60,295 nucleotides of DNA from contig DLOU01000046.1 in the NCBI GenBank assembly GCA_002477275.1, forward strand, positions 25,046 to 85,340, written 5' to 3'. The notes beneath the pieces were generated by a model. That model saw only the letters and a list, made by a program, of their open reading frames with translations, was not told the origin of the DNA and searched no databases. Positions 9,001 through 16,607 of this stretch are shown here, piece after piece. This stretch comes from Bacillales bacterium UBA7476. GTDB lineage: Bacteria > Bacillota_I > Bacilli_A > RF39 > UBA660. The position numbers were made by a program, and so were the translations under genes. The first letter of the stretch is position 1; each line of letters begins with the position of its first letter.

Positions 9001-11185
9001 TATAATGTCTCTTTTGTTTTTGCATATTTTTTTCCTTCTTTGATTTTGTTTTGTTTTGATTTTCTCCTATAATACTTATTTCTATTTTATATAATGAATT
9101 TATTATTGTTACATAACTTTGATTGTTTCTTTTAATTTTATCTTCATCACTTTGATTATAATATTTATTTATAATAAATCTAGTTTTATCGCTTAAAGTA
9201 TCTAATAATTTGTCTATTTCTTCTTTTGGATATTCATAACCTTTAAAAAAATCATATACACTTTTATCTAATAATTTAACAAATCTTTCTGTACTATAAT
9301 TTAATAGTATTTCTTTCATTTTTGGAAAGATTTCTTCATATACTCTCTTTTTAATTTTCTCATCACTTAATAATTCATCATTTGGATTATCTAATTCAAT
9401 GCCAAAACATTTATATATAAGTTTTTTTTCTTCTTCACTTAATAGTAAAAATGCATATTTAAATTTGAAATTTGAATATTCTTCTTCAGCAAAATATTCA
9501 TATATATTTTTATTTTGTTTTTCTACTAAATTTGGTATTGTATCTAACAATATCTTTCTAAGCATTTCTTTTTCTTCAGCTGTTATGTTTTTATTTTTTA
9601 TTTTTTGATAATTATCTATATATATTTTATCTAATAACTCTTTTTCTTCTTTTGGTAATAGTTTTAGTGCTCTCTCTATTTTATTTTTCTTATAACCATA
9701 TCTTTGATAAAATCTAAAAATTGAAAGAGGAATGGATGATTGTGGCAGTTTCAATTCTAGAGTAGTATTATTCCGTTTATTTTTATTTTTTAATCTTTCC
9801 TCTATCAATATTGGTTTAATTTTTTCTTCTATTATTTTAACAATCGTATCTCTTGAAATGTTTTTATTAATTATAGTAGGGCTGATTATTTCATTGTTGT
9901 AATAGCTATTTAATAATTCTATATCAGATTCTTCTAATTGTTCTAATACTTTTCTTAATTCTTTCTCATTTATGTGAAAATCTATTAAGTATTCTTTTAT
10001 ACTCTTTCCTTTTTCATTTTCTGATTTCTTTTTATCATTTACTTTACTTATAGATTTTGAATACATTTTTTTTAAGGCTCTCTTTTCAATCTGTCTAATT
10101 CTTTCTCTAGTACAATTAAATATTATTGATATTTTTTCTAATGATTTTTTTTCTTTTCCATTTATTCCAAATCTATACTCAATTACTTCTTTTTCCCTTT
10201 GTGTTAAAGAATCTAATAGGGCTGTAATCATTTTTATTTCATCATCCATAATTGCAGATTCTTCAGGGCTAGGTTTATCGTCACTAATTACATCTTTAAA
10301 TTCTTTATCACTATCAAGTTTCTCACTTGATATCTTTTCGTCTAAACTAATTGTATTTTCGGCATATTGTTTTATTTCCAATACTCTTTTTTCAGGTATA
10401 TTTAATTCTTTACCTATCTCATAATCTGTTGGTTCTCTTCCTAATTTTGATTCAAGTTCACTACTTTTTCTTCTGATATCAGATATTTTTTCTTGAATAT
10501 GAACAGGTATTCTAATATTTCTGCTATTATTTTGAATAGCTCTCATTATATTTTGTCTTATTTCCAAATATGCATAAGTTGTTAAAGAATATGATTTTGC
10601 TGGATCAAACTTATCAATTGCTTCCATTAATCCAATACTTCCTTCTTGAATTAACTCTAAAAATGAAATTCCTCTACCAATATATTTTTTTGCAATATTA
10701 ACTACTAATCTTAAATTATGTTCAGTTAACTTATCTTTTGTTTTTTTATTTCTTGTATTATAGTACTCTACTAACAATTCTCTTTGTTCTTCTTTTGGTA
10801 AGATAGGATATTTTGATATTTCTTGTAAATATATTTTAACAGAATCATATCCATTTTCTTTTATTGAATATGAGTCTTCTATTGATTCAACTGCTTCCAT
10901 TTCAGCTGTTTCTTCATTAAAGATTGAATTATATATATCAATCAATGATATAGCATATTCGCTTAGCCCTATGTTTTCTATATTCATTTTTCTTTCGTTT
11001 ACTTCATTTATAATTTTTTCAAGCAAACTATTTAAATTTTCATTTATCTTAATTAAATTATATATTTGATCAAAATTAAGATCCTTTTTTGATATGAGTG
11101 ATGAAATTTCATTAGCATATCTTACAAGGGTAGGTAATGAATTATCATTTATATCAAGTTGTTCTATTTCAGTTATTTCTTTCAT
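6032..11185 (-). CDS. giant (1717 aa) sigma-70 family protein: SigA-like regions 1.2-4, then eight tandem modules, then a TPR-like helical tail
   Basis: Residues ~115-375 align by eye with SigA. Matching segments are NLRLVVNIAKKYIGRGISFLELIQEGSIGLMEAIDKFD, IRIPVHIQEKI and REKEVIEYRFGINGKEKKSLEKISIIFNCTRERIRQIEKRALKKM. The remaining ~1340 aa have no parallel in ordinary sigma factors. Confidence 0.8.
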   Translation of the reverse strand: MKEITEIEQLDINDNSLPTLVRYANEISSLISKKDLNFDQIYNLIKINENLNSLLEKIINEVNERKMNIENIGLSEYAISLIDIYNSIFNEETAEMEAVESIEDSYSIKENGYDSVKIYLQEISKYPILPKEEQRELLVEYYNTRNKKTKDKLTEHNLRLVVNIAKKYIGRGISFLELIQEGSIGLMEAIDKFDPAKSYSLTTYAYLEIRQNIMRAIQNNSRNIRIPVHIQEKISDIRRKSSELESKLGREPTDYEIGKELNIPEKRVLEIKQYAENTISLDEKISSEKLDSDKEFKDVISDDKPSPEESAIMDDEIKMITALLDSLTQREKEVIEYRFGINGKEKKSLEKISIIFNCTRERIRQIEKRALKKMYSKSISKVNDKKKSENEKGKSIKEYLIDFHINEKELRKVLEQLEESDIELLNSYYNNEIISPTIINKNISRDTIVKIIEEKIKPILIEERLKNKNKRNNTTLELKLPQSSIPLSIFRFYQRYGYKKNKIERALKLLPKEEKELLDKIYIDNYQKIKNKNITAEEKEMLRKILLDTIPNLVEKQNKNIYEYFAEEEYSNFKFKYAFLLLSEEEKKLIYKCFGIELDNPNDELLSDEKIKKRVYEEIFPKMKEILLNYSTERFVKLLDKSVYDFFKGYEYPKEEIDKLLDTLSDKTRFIINKYYNQSDEDKIKRNNQSYVTIINSLYKIEISIIGENQNKTKSKKEKNMQKQKRHYNNINNIYEYFMNYGYTKEEINNLLNSLNEKQLEKLYLYYGKDLEHPIINDQIDSNDKKYIKNLVTGTLKQKIKHLKENSETVSTKKRASINNIYEYFEFHGYTKEEVNKVLDNLNDNQRELLILYYGKDLEHPIINDKISKNDKIRVRNLLCVNLMKKLEKSRNIEKKPDTKEHNNAKERQRISIKNLYEYCFAYGFTEDEIKEVLNSLTGNQKEILKTYYGEDYKSTKVIKKSNKEELQLRNLVTLTIKNKLKRIKQDKKVKKYSNTDNIYDYFKAYGYSEKEVDYVIKGLNNNQFIKLHDYYGKDLHNPVIKKDISIDEKKYIRNLLSITLKKRLENQREENNNLILAREKEEEIKQRITIKKIFLAFCMGDNLTEKDLSEVGKETLDYLINNNYLTLNNGIYEISSSKVELLLELYNGMLREGQKVFASKILDKCYKIDPKNIEVNDYLLEDSIKNKKYEQTLKYLDLLIGNTEENEKHYYNLILLLISKVYELPKEYKEKVKLFNVNEIKSLEDNNDNNIRLLIYDNNILEALNTLKEQKNKKDIIEILLREIKIKEKSQEEEVKDNTNFQDIAIYLSNNDLENGLLEIKRYLNQNNKNEYFDLALNLIRTSILEEDNNYTSPLMFLASIQKPNLNLLLAEIVQKFYKSLMDNDIELSEICLNIILNIDSLNEECLLKGNIEEIYKRKKVLRYELKNNRLLEFENILENVNLESSNYNDLTDNELIIIDDNNSNLIKAKEKLVKDHNIKVIFVGDKDKKLVVRKFNEKPSENEDELFLRAKEDYNNHDFSEALKKLLSLREDKYINNTDVYYMIGVCYVSLMDENNNLREKAKDYISISNELSKYNDLDFLKNIELDFLITLIKKKLDSFTETKETEIQEEIQKIKPQEEIEVKKQNKVQIDYNKFFGLILQNKNIDYELDELDISETEKQIIKLKLCKYLYKSEYYDQGDKLLKEVMDSSNKTGKVESIIKEITRRKKFYKYND
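7916..10000 (-). repeat. eight tandem in-frame coding repeats (~72-95 aa each) inside the giant sigma gene
   Basis: Unit starts lie near 10000, 9726, 9510, 9263, 8989, 8727, 8443 and 8194. The best-conserved units read NIYEYF..YGYTKEE(V/I)N..L..LN..Q.E.L.LYYGKDLEHPIIND.IS..DK..(I/V)RNLL...L.KKL. Confidence 0.75.
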
Positions 11186-11305
11186 ACCTTATCCCCCATG
11201 TATTAACTTATATTTATTTTAACATATTTAACTTTAAAATTATATTTTTTTATTAGTTCTTTATGTTTTTTTATTTTTATTTTATAATTATTTTAGGTGA
11301 TAATT

Positions 11306-12748
11306 ATGAGTAAAAAAGAAAAAGTATTTTATATTTCATCATTTTTATTTTATTTATTTATACTTTCTCTTTCTCCAATTTCAGGTGATGATTGGGGAAA
11401 CTACATTGCAGGAAGTAATGGTTTATATCATTGTATAGGTAATGCGGTTGGTATGTATTTTTCGTGGGAAGGAAGGTTTGTAAGTAGAGTACTTATTAAC
11501 ATACTTACTTATCATAAAATACTATGGAATATTGTTAATGCATTTTTAATTGTTTTATTTAATTACTTATGTATTAAAATTATAAAACCAAAAAATAATA
11601 AATTAAGCTATTTGTTTGTTTTTTTGATTATACCATTTATGAATCTGTATACATTCTCTCAAACTATAACATGGGTTGCTGGAAACATTACTTATTTCTT
11701 TGAAATACCACTTATTTTAATATACTATATGATGTTATCAAAGAAAAAATATGATTTTAAATTTAACTTTATTTTTCTATTATTGTTAAGTGCTTCTATA
11801 CCGATGTTTGCTGAACATATGGCTGCAATTCTTGTAATTGGTAACTTAATTATTCTTTTTTATAATTATTATAAAACAAAAAAAATTGATAAGAAAATCA
11901 TAATTTTTACTATAGTTGCAATAGTATTTACTTTACTAATGTATTTATCTCCAGGAACAAAATTAAGATCTGCAAGTGAAAATCTTGACTTTAATAAACT
12001 AAGTATACTTGGAAAAATAATATATAATATTCCAGCCTTTGTTTACTATACTTTTATGGATAATTACTATTTACTTGTGTTATTTATAATTACTAATTTT
12101 GTTATAATTAAAAAGAGATTTAAGAAAAAATGGATAAAAATTTTATTAACTTTATTTTTAACAGTTGTTCCTTTAATAACACTTATTATTTATCCACTTA
12201 GTGTAGTTAAAAATATTAATATTATTAATAATATATGGTTAATTATATATTATATAGTTTTCTTAATAATTTCTTTCTTTTTAAATATCTTTGAAAAAAA
12301 TAAAGAAAGTACGTTTTTATTTATTATTGGTATAATGGCGAATTGTGTTATGCTAATGTCTCCTACCTGGGGATATAGAACAACATTATTTACATATATG
12401 ATGTTGGCTCTTGCTAATATAATTTTAATAACAAAATACTTAAAGAATAACAAGTTTATAGAATATATTTTAAAGTTATTTAGTATTATAATTTGTATTA
12501 TGTTTATTGTTCTTTACATAAATATATTTAGATGTCAAAAAGATTTAGAAAAAGGTATTAAAAAACAGTTAAAAGAAAATAAAGATGTAATAGATGTTGT
12601 GATGTTCCCAAATTATGTTAATTGTAATATTAATCCTGATAATGACTTTCATCTAGTTAAATATAAAGAATACTATAGTATTCCACAAGATAAACAAATT
12701 AATTTTATTGATGGTAAATGGCATTACTTTGTTATTTATAAAAAATAA
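11306..12748 (+). CDS. polytopic membrane protein, GT-C-like / DUF6056-like (putative glycosyl- or lipid-linked sugar transferase)
   Basis: About 480 aa with at least 12 hydrophobic helices and an N-terminal SPISGDDWGNY motif. The ATG at 11306 with RBS AGGTGA is preferred over the track's GTG at 11297. It is divergent from the giant sigma gene. Confidence 0.5.
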   Translation: MSKKEKVFYISSFLFYLFILSLSPISGDDWGNYIAGSNGLYHCIGNAVGMYFSWEGRFVSRVLINILTYHKILWNIVNAFLIVLFNYLCIKIIKPKNNKLSYLFVFLIIPFMNLYTFSQTITWVAGNITYFFEIPLILIYYMMLSKKKYDFKFNFIFLLLLSASIPMFAEHMAAILVIGNLIILFYNYYKTKKIDKKIIIFTIVAIVFTLLMYLSPGTKLRSASENLDFNKLSILGKIIYNIPAFVYYTFMDNYYLLVLFIITNFVIIKKRFKKKWIKILLTLFLTVVPLITLIIYPLSVVKNINIINNIWLIIYYIVFLIISFFLNIFEKNKESTFLFIIGIMANCVMLMSPTWGYRTTLFTYMMLALANIILITKYLKNNKFIEYILKLFSIIICIMFIVLYINIFRCQKDLEKGIKKQLKENKDVIDVVMFPNYVNCNINPDNDFHLVKYKEYYSIPQDKQINFIDGKWHYFVIYKK

Positions 12749-12780
12749 ATAATCCACAATTATTGTGGATTATTTTTTTA
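12748..12780. terminator. bidirectional stem-loop AATAATCCACAAT/ATTGTGGATTATT followed by a T-run
   Basis: A near-perfect 13-nt inverted repeat sits between the convergent genes and overlaps the sirtuin stop codon. Confidence 0.65.
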
Positions 12781-13612
12781 GTTTTTCTATTAAATCTATT
12801 GTTTCATAAATACTATCAGATACAGAAATAGATTTGTTTTTTATTTCTTTTGGTACTTCTGAATATTTATCGTTAAATCTCACTAATTTAAAATTATCAT
12901 GTAAAAATGTTAATTCTTCAAAAGGGAATCTAATTATTCCTGGTGTATTAAATCCTATTCCAAATTCTAATAGCAATACTTTATTATCAATATTTTCTTC
13001 AATAAAATTATAATATTCTTCTTTCATTTTGTGCCAGTTATCATCTTCTACAAATGTATCATCACATCTTAAATTTACAGACATATTTTTTCCACACACA
13101 GGACATTTTGGTACTAATTCTGTCGGAATTTTCAAATTATCATCTATATTATTTAACATCTCATATACTTGTTCTTCATTATCGTATAGCTTGTTATGAC
13201 ATGGCTTACAGCATTGTAATTTAGAATAACTTCCTTGCACTTCAAATACCTTAGATTTATCAAAACCATTATTAATAAACTGACCATCAGTATTAGTTGT
13301 TATTACAAAATATGTTTTATCTTTTACTAGCTCAAATAACTTCTTATATAATTCGGTATGTTTTCTTTCATAATACGAAAAGAATATATGTTTTGCCCAA
13401 TATGCCCATTTTTCTTCTTCTGTTTTAAATGGATAAAACGATGAAGTATATAAATCAGTTATTTTATATTTATTAATAAAATCTTTAAAATCATTTTCAA
13501 ATTTTTCTCCACTATAATGAATACCGGCTGCATCTGATAGTCCTGCTCCTGCACCAATTATTATTACATCTGATTCATCTAACCATTCTTTAATTTTTAC
13601 TATATCTGTCAT
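12770..13612 (-). CDS. Sir2-family protein, macrodomain-linked (class M-like) sirtuin
   Basis: 280 aa. Motifs are IIGAGAGLS (GAGxS), TTNTDGQ (TQNxD-like) and two CxxC pairs (CKPC, CPVC). VQGS has Gln where canonical sirtuins have the catalytic His-Gly. The start lies 9 nt after the macro gene stop (TAAGGAGAAAATATG). Confidence 0.8.
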   Translation of the reverse strand: MTDIVKIKEWLDESDVIIIGAGAGLSDAAGIHYSGEKFENDFKDFINKYKITDLYTSSFYPFKTEEEKWAYWAKHIFFSYYERKHTELYKKLFELVKDKTYFVITTNTDGQFINNGFDKSKVFEVQGSYSKLQCCKPCHNKLYDNEEQVYEMLNNIDDNLKIPTELVPKCPVCGKNMSVNLRCDDTFVEDDNWHKMKEEYYNFIEENIDNKVLLLEFGIGFNTPGIIRFPFEELTFLHDNFKLVRFNDKYSEVPKEIKNKSISVSDSIYETIDLIEKLKK

Positions 13613-13621
13613 ATTTTCTCC

Positions 13622-15133
13622 TTAATTAATACTATTTTTATATAGCAAGTAATCTTCATCTTTAAAAACATTAAATATAATATGATTAAATGAATTATTA
13701 TTATCATTTAAATATTTGGTTACAGTATCTATTGCAATTTTGCATGCTTCTTCTTTTGGAAATCCATATAAACCTGTTGAAATGCATGGAAAAGCTATTG
13801 TTTTTATACCATTTTCTTGTGATAGCTTTAAGGCATTATAATAACATTTTTTCAAATCCTCTACATCTTGTTCTTTTAATCTGCCTCTTACAGCGGGACC
13901 TACTGTTTGTATAACATATTTACTTGGTAAGTTATAACCTTTAGTTAATATTACCTCTCCATTAGATAAAGTTTTTCCCTTCATTATTTCATTACATTCT
14001 TCCCTTAACTGTATACCAGCAAATGAATGAATTGCATTGTCTATACAATTATGACCTGGTACAAAGCATCCTAATAAATATTCATTGCAGGCATTTACTA
14101 TAGCGTCACATTTTAACGTTGTTATATCACCTTTCCAAACGGAAAGTATTCCTTTATCATAACTAATATCTTCTTCATCTATTATACCTTTATTCTCTAT
14201 TTCTTCTTGTAAATATTTATCCTGTTTTTTTAGATATTCACTACTAATTTTCTTTGGCTTTCTAATATTTCTTAAACCTCTATATAATGCTTTTTTATCT
14301 TCTAAATTATTTGGTATTTTTATCTTTGATAACGCTTTATCTTCGTCAATTAATTCTTGAATTAAATAATCGAGTTCTTTTATCTTTTTCTCTTCATTAT
14401 ACTTTTTTAGATAATCAAAACCTATTACAATTTTTTCATTTATTGGAGTTTCTTCACTATAAACATCTCTTAACTTATCAATAACTAGTTCTTCTCCATC
14501 ATACATTTTATAAAAACTATTATAGCCCTTTTCTTCAAAATCAAACAGCTTATTAAATGGTTTATTATTTAGTATTGGATCTGTTACTATTTCACTATAT
14601 TCCCACTCAATATATGGGGAATCATAATATCTTCTAGGAGTTTTTGGAAATAACTTTTTCCATTTTTCAAACCACAAGAAATGAAGTGTTTCATGAGCGC
14701 ATGTTTCAATTACTTTCCAGTCCTCTATTCCAGTTCCTACTGAAAAACTAAATTCATCTAGATATCTTGGAAATACTGGTATTAGTCCTACTTTTGCTTC
14801 TATTTCTTTTTTAGGCCATTCTATTTCTAAATAATCTGATAGCATCTCAAAATAGCTATCATTATATTCAATCCATAATTTATTATATCTTTCAGTTTCC
14901 TCTTGAAGCCTATTTGTGTATTTTTCATAATCTTTTTTTACTATGTCTTCTATTATTATGTACACTTCTTCTTTTGATAATTTTTCATCCAAATCTGCTA
15001 ATTCAGGGAAATATGATACTGTGTAATTATGAACGCTTAATAAACCATTATTCTCATAATATGCCCATTTAATTGTATCTATATTTTCTTCAAGACTCAT
15101 TTTTTTAAATAATAATTTTGGTACTTTTTTCAT
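13622..15133 (-). CDS. two-domain protein: N-terminal HExxH domain (~250 aa) fused to a protein-ADP-ribose hydrolase-type macrodomain
   Basis: 503 aa. The C-terminal half has LYRGLRNIRKP...SEYL, VWKGDITTLKCDAIVNACN, GHNCIDNAIH, VIQTVGP and IAFPCISTGLYGFP, typical of sirtuin-linked macrodomains. The N-terminal half has CAHETLHFLW (HExxH) at 14681-14695. Confidence 0.85.
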   Translation of the reverse strand: MKKVPKLLFKKMSLEENIDTIKWAYYENNGLLSVHNYTVSYFPELADLDEKLSKEEVYIIIEDIVKKDYEKYTNRLQEETERYNKLWIEYNDSYFEMLSDYLEIEWPKKEIEAKVGLIPVFPRYLDEFSFSVGTGIEDWKVIETCAHETLHFLWFEKWKKLFPKTPRRYYDSPYIEWEYSEIVTDPILNNKPFNKLFDFEEKGYNSFYKMYDGEELVIDKLRDVYSEETPINEKIVIGFDYLKKYNEEKKIKELDYLIQELIDEDKALSKIKIPNNLEDKKALYRGLRNIRKPKKISSEYLKKQDKYLQEEIENKGIIDEEDISYDKGILSVWKGDITTLKCDAIVNACNEYLLGCFVPGHNCIDNAIHSFAGIQLREECNEIMKGKTLSNGEVILTKGYNLPSKYVIQTVGPAVRGRLKEQDVEDLKKCYYNALKLSQENGIKTIAFPCISTGLYGFPKEEACKIAIDTVTKYLNDNNNSFNHIIFNVFKDEDYLLYKNSIN

Positions 15134-15149
15134 AAATACACCTCAATTT

Positions 15150-15158
15150 ATTATAACA
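15150..15158 (-). promoter_or_regulatory. extended -10 element TGTTATAAT upstream of the macro-sirtuin pair
   Basis: The minus strand reads TGTTATAAT about 17 nt upstream of RBS GAGGTG and the ATG at 15133. Confidence 0.4.
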
Positions 15159-15179
15159 TGATATAGATAATTCTTATAT

Positions 15180-15941
15180 TTATTTTTTTGCTGTTATTCC
15201 ATAATATCTTCTTATTAGTTTTATACCTTTTTCAGATGTATTTTCAGAAACATATTTTTCAAATAAATCATTTTCAATTGGTTTTCTTTCATACTCTTCA
15301 AAAGCTTCCTCTGAAAACTCATCTAATATAGGCGTTTTTATTAATAATGCATATAGGTCTTCTTTTGTCTTGTAATACTCTATTGTATGTAGTGGAATTA
15401 ATTCTACTTCTTTAAAACCAGCATCAATAATATTTTCATAATCAATTAGACTTATTGGTTTTACATCATGGTATCCTTGTCCTCTATTAAATAATCTTTT
15501 TAAAGACCAACAATCTAATTTATCAACCCCTCTTACTATTAATTTTCCATCCTCTTTTAATGTTTTGTAAATTTGCACTGGATCAATTATAGTGTGACGA
15601 GCTGTTACTAAATCAAAATAATTGTCTTGTGTATCCATTTTTAGGTTGTTCATTACCTTAAAAGAAATATTGTTTCTTCCACTTATTAACAGATTTTTTT
15701 TAGCTGTTTCTATCATTTGTTCTGAAAAATCTGTTCCTAATATTTCAGCACAATCAGGGTAATTTTTTAATAATTTTTCTCCTGCTGCTGTGCCTAAATC
15801 TAGTGCTCTAGTATTTTCATTAACACTTTTTTTTATTTCGTCTTCATAATTCCAATTTGTTTTTTCTTCTTCTGTATAATTGATATCATCAAAAGACCAA
15901 TTTGCTAGGTCATTGTAATAATCATATCCATTTGTTTTCAT
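15180..15941 (-). CDS. class I SAM-dependent methyltransferase
   Basis: Motif I is ALDLGTAAGEKL, followed by an acidic loop ILGTDFS. The second ATG (MKTNGYDY) is preferred because AAAGGA lies 8 nt upstream. The track start is 15950. Confidence 0.75.
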   Translation of the reverse strand: MKTNGYDYYNDLANWSFDDINYTEEEKTNWNYEDEIKKSVNENTRALDLGTAAGEKLLKNYPDCAEILGTDFSEQMIETAKKNLLISGRNNISFKVMNNLKMDTQDNYFDLVTARHTIIDPVQIYKTLKEDGKLIVRGVDKLDCWSLKRLFNRGQGYHDVKPISLIDYENIIDAGFKEVELIPLHTIEYYKTKEDLYALLIKTPILDEFSEEAFEEYERKPIENDLFEKYVSENTSEKGIKLIRRYYGITAKK

Positions 15942-16143
15942 ATTAATCATCCTTTCATTTTTTATTGTGTGATTGTAAATAAAAAGAACCTCCTTTCATG
16001 AATATACAACAAAAAACAATCACAAATTAATGTGTATATTTTTTGCCATTCATGAGGAGATTCTTAAGACTCTTCATTATTCCTTTAAACTTGCGTTTAT
16101 CTGGTAGTAAAACGCGAATGACTAATTGATTTACTACGGAATG
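15942..16143 (-). promoter_or_regulatory. ~190-nt structured 5' leader of the methyltransferase gene (class not recognised)
   Basis: The leader contains hairpin GCGTTT(11 nt)AAACGC. It also contains a 9-bp stem TGTGATTGT/ACAATCACA enclosing a GAAAGGAGG sequence, and CTCCTCATGAAT complementary to ATTCATGAAAGGAG. Confidence 0.3.
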
Positions 16144-16172
16144 AGTATAACATAATACTTTTAATTTGTCAA
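16144..16172 (-). promoter_or_regulatory. sigma-A promoter TTGACA, 17 nt, TATACT
   Basis: On the minus strand the -35 lies at 16167-16172 and the -10 at 16144-16149, just downstream of the stop of the 131-aa ORF. Confidence 0.55.
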
Positions 16173-16181
16173 AAAAATGGA

Positions 16182-16577
16182 TTATTCTTTGTTTATATCA
16201 CTAATACTTATAAACTTGCAATACTTGTTTGTCCAACTTTTATCAGAAGTTATGTGTTCTTCTTTTTGATCTGTTTTAAATATCTGAATATCTGAATTGC
16301 AGGCATCTTCCATTAATTTTAAATAGTTTTCTCTATCCTTATCAAAGAAAAAAGATCTTAAGAAGTAAATAGTATTCTTATTATTTTTTTCAAACATTAT
16401 TTTTCTTAATTCTTCTGCACTTGGTTGAGTATGGTGCTCATAATCTTCTCCTTGACCTGAAATAAAACATAAGTCAGTAATTTCATTTTCTATTAGATAA
16501 TTTTTTCTAATATATTCTAATAATAAAGCATCTTTATGACTTCCCGAATCAGCAACTAAATCAATTATTCTTTTCAT
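16182..16577 (-). CDS. hypothetical protein (131 aa), downstream of the ABC exporter
   Basis: Clean ORF 30 nt after the ABC gene. No motif recognised. Confidence 0.4.
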   Translation of the reverse strand: MKRIIDLVADSGSHKDALLLEYIRKNYLIENEITDLCFISGQGEDYEHHTQPSAEELRKIMFEKNNKNTIYFLRSFFFDKDRENYLKLMEDACNSDIQIFKTDQKEEHITSDKSWTNKYCKFISISDINKE

Positions 16578-16607
16578 TATATATTAACCTTTCTTTAAAA
16601 ATATTTA

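Noticed and set aside
16050-16140. Purine riboswitch in the methyltransferase leader, suggested by the string CGCAAGUUU after a hairpin
   Set aside because: The conserved J1/2 UAUAAU, the L2/L3 loop sequences and the P3 hairpin are absent. Only a chance 9-nt match remains.
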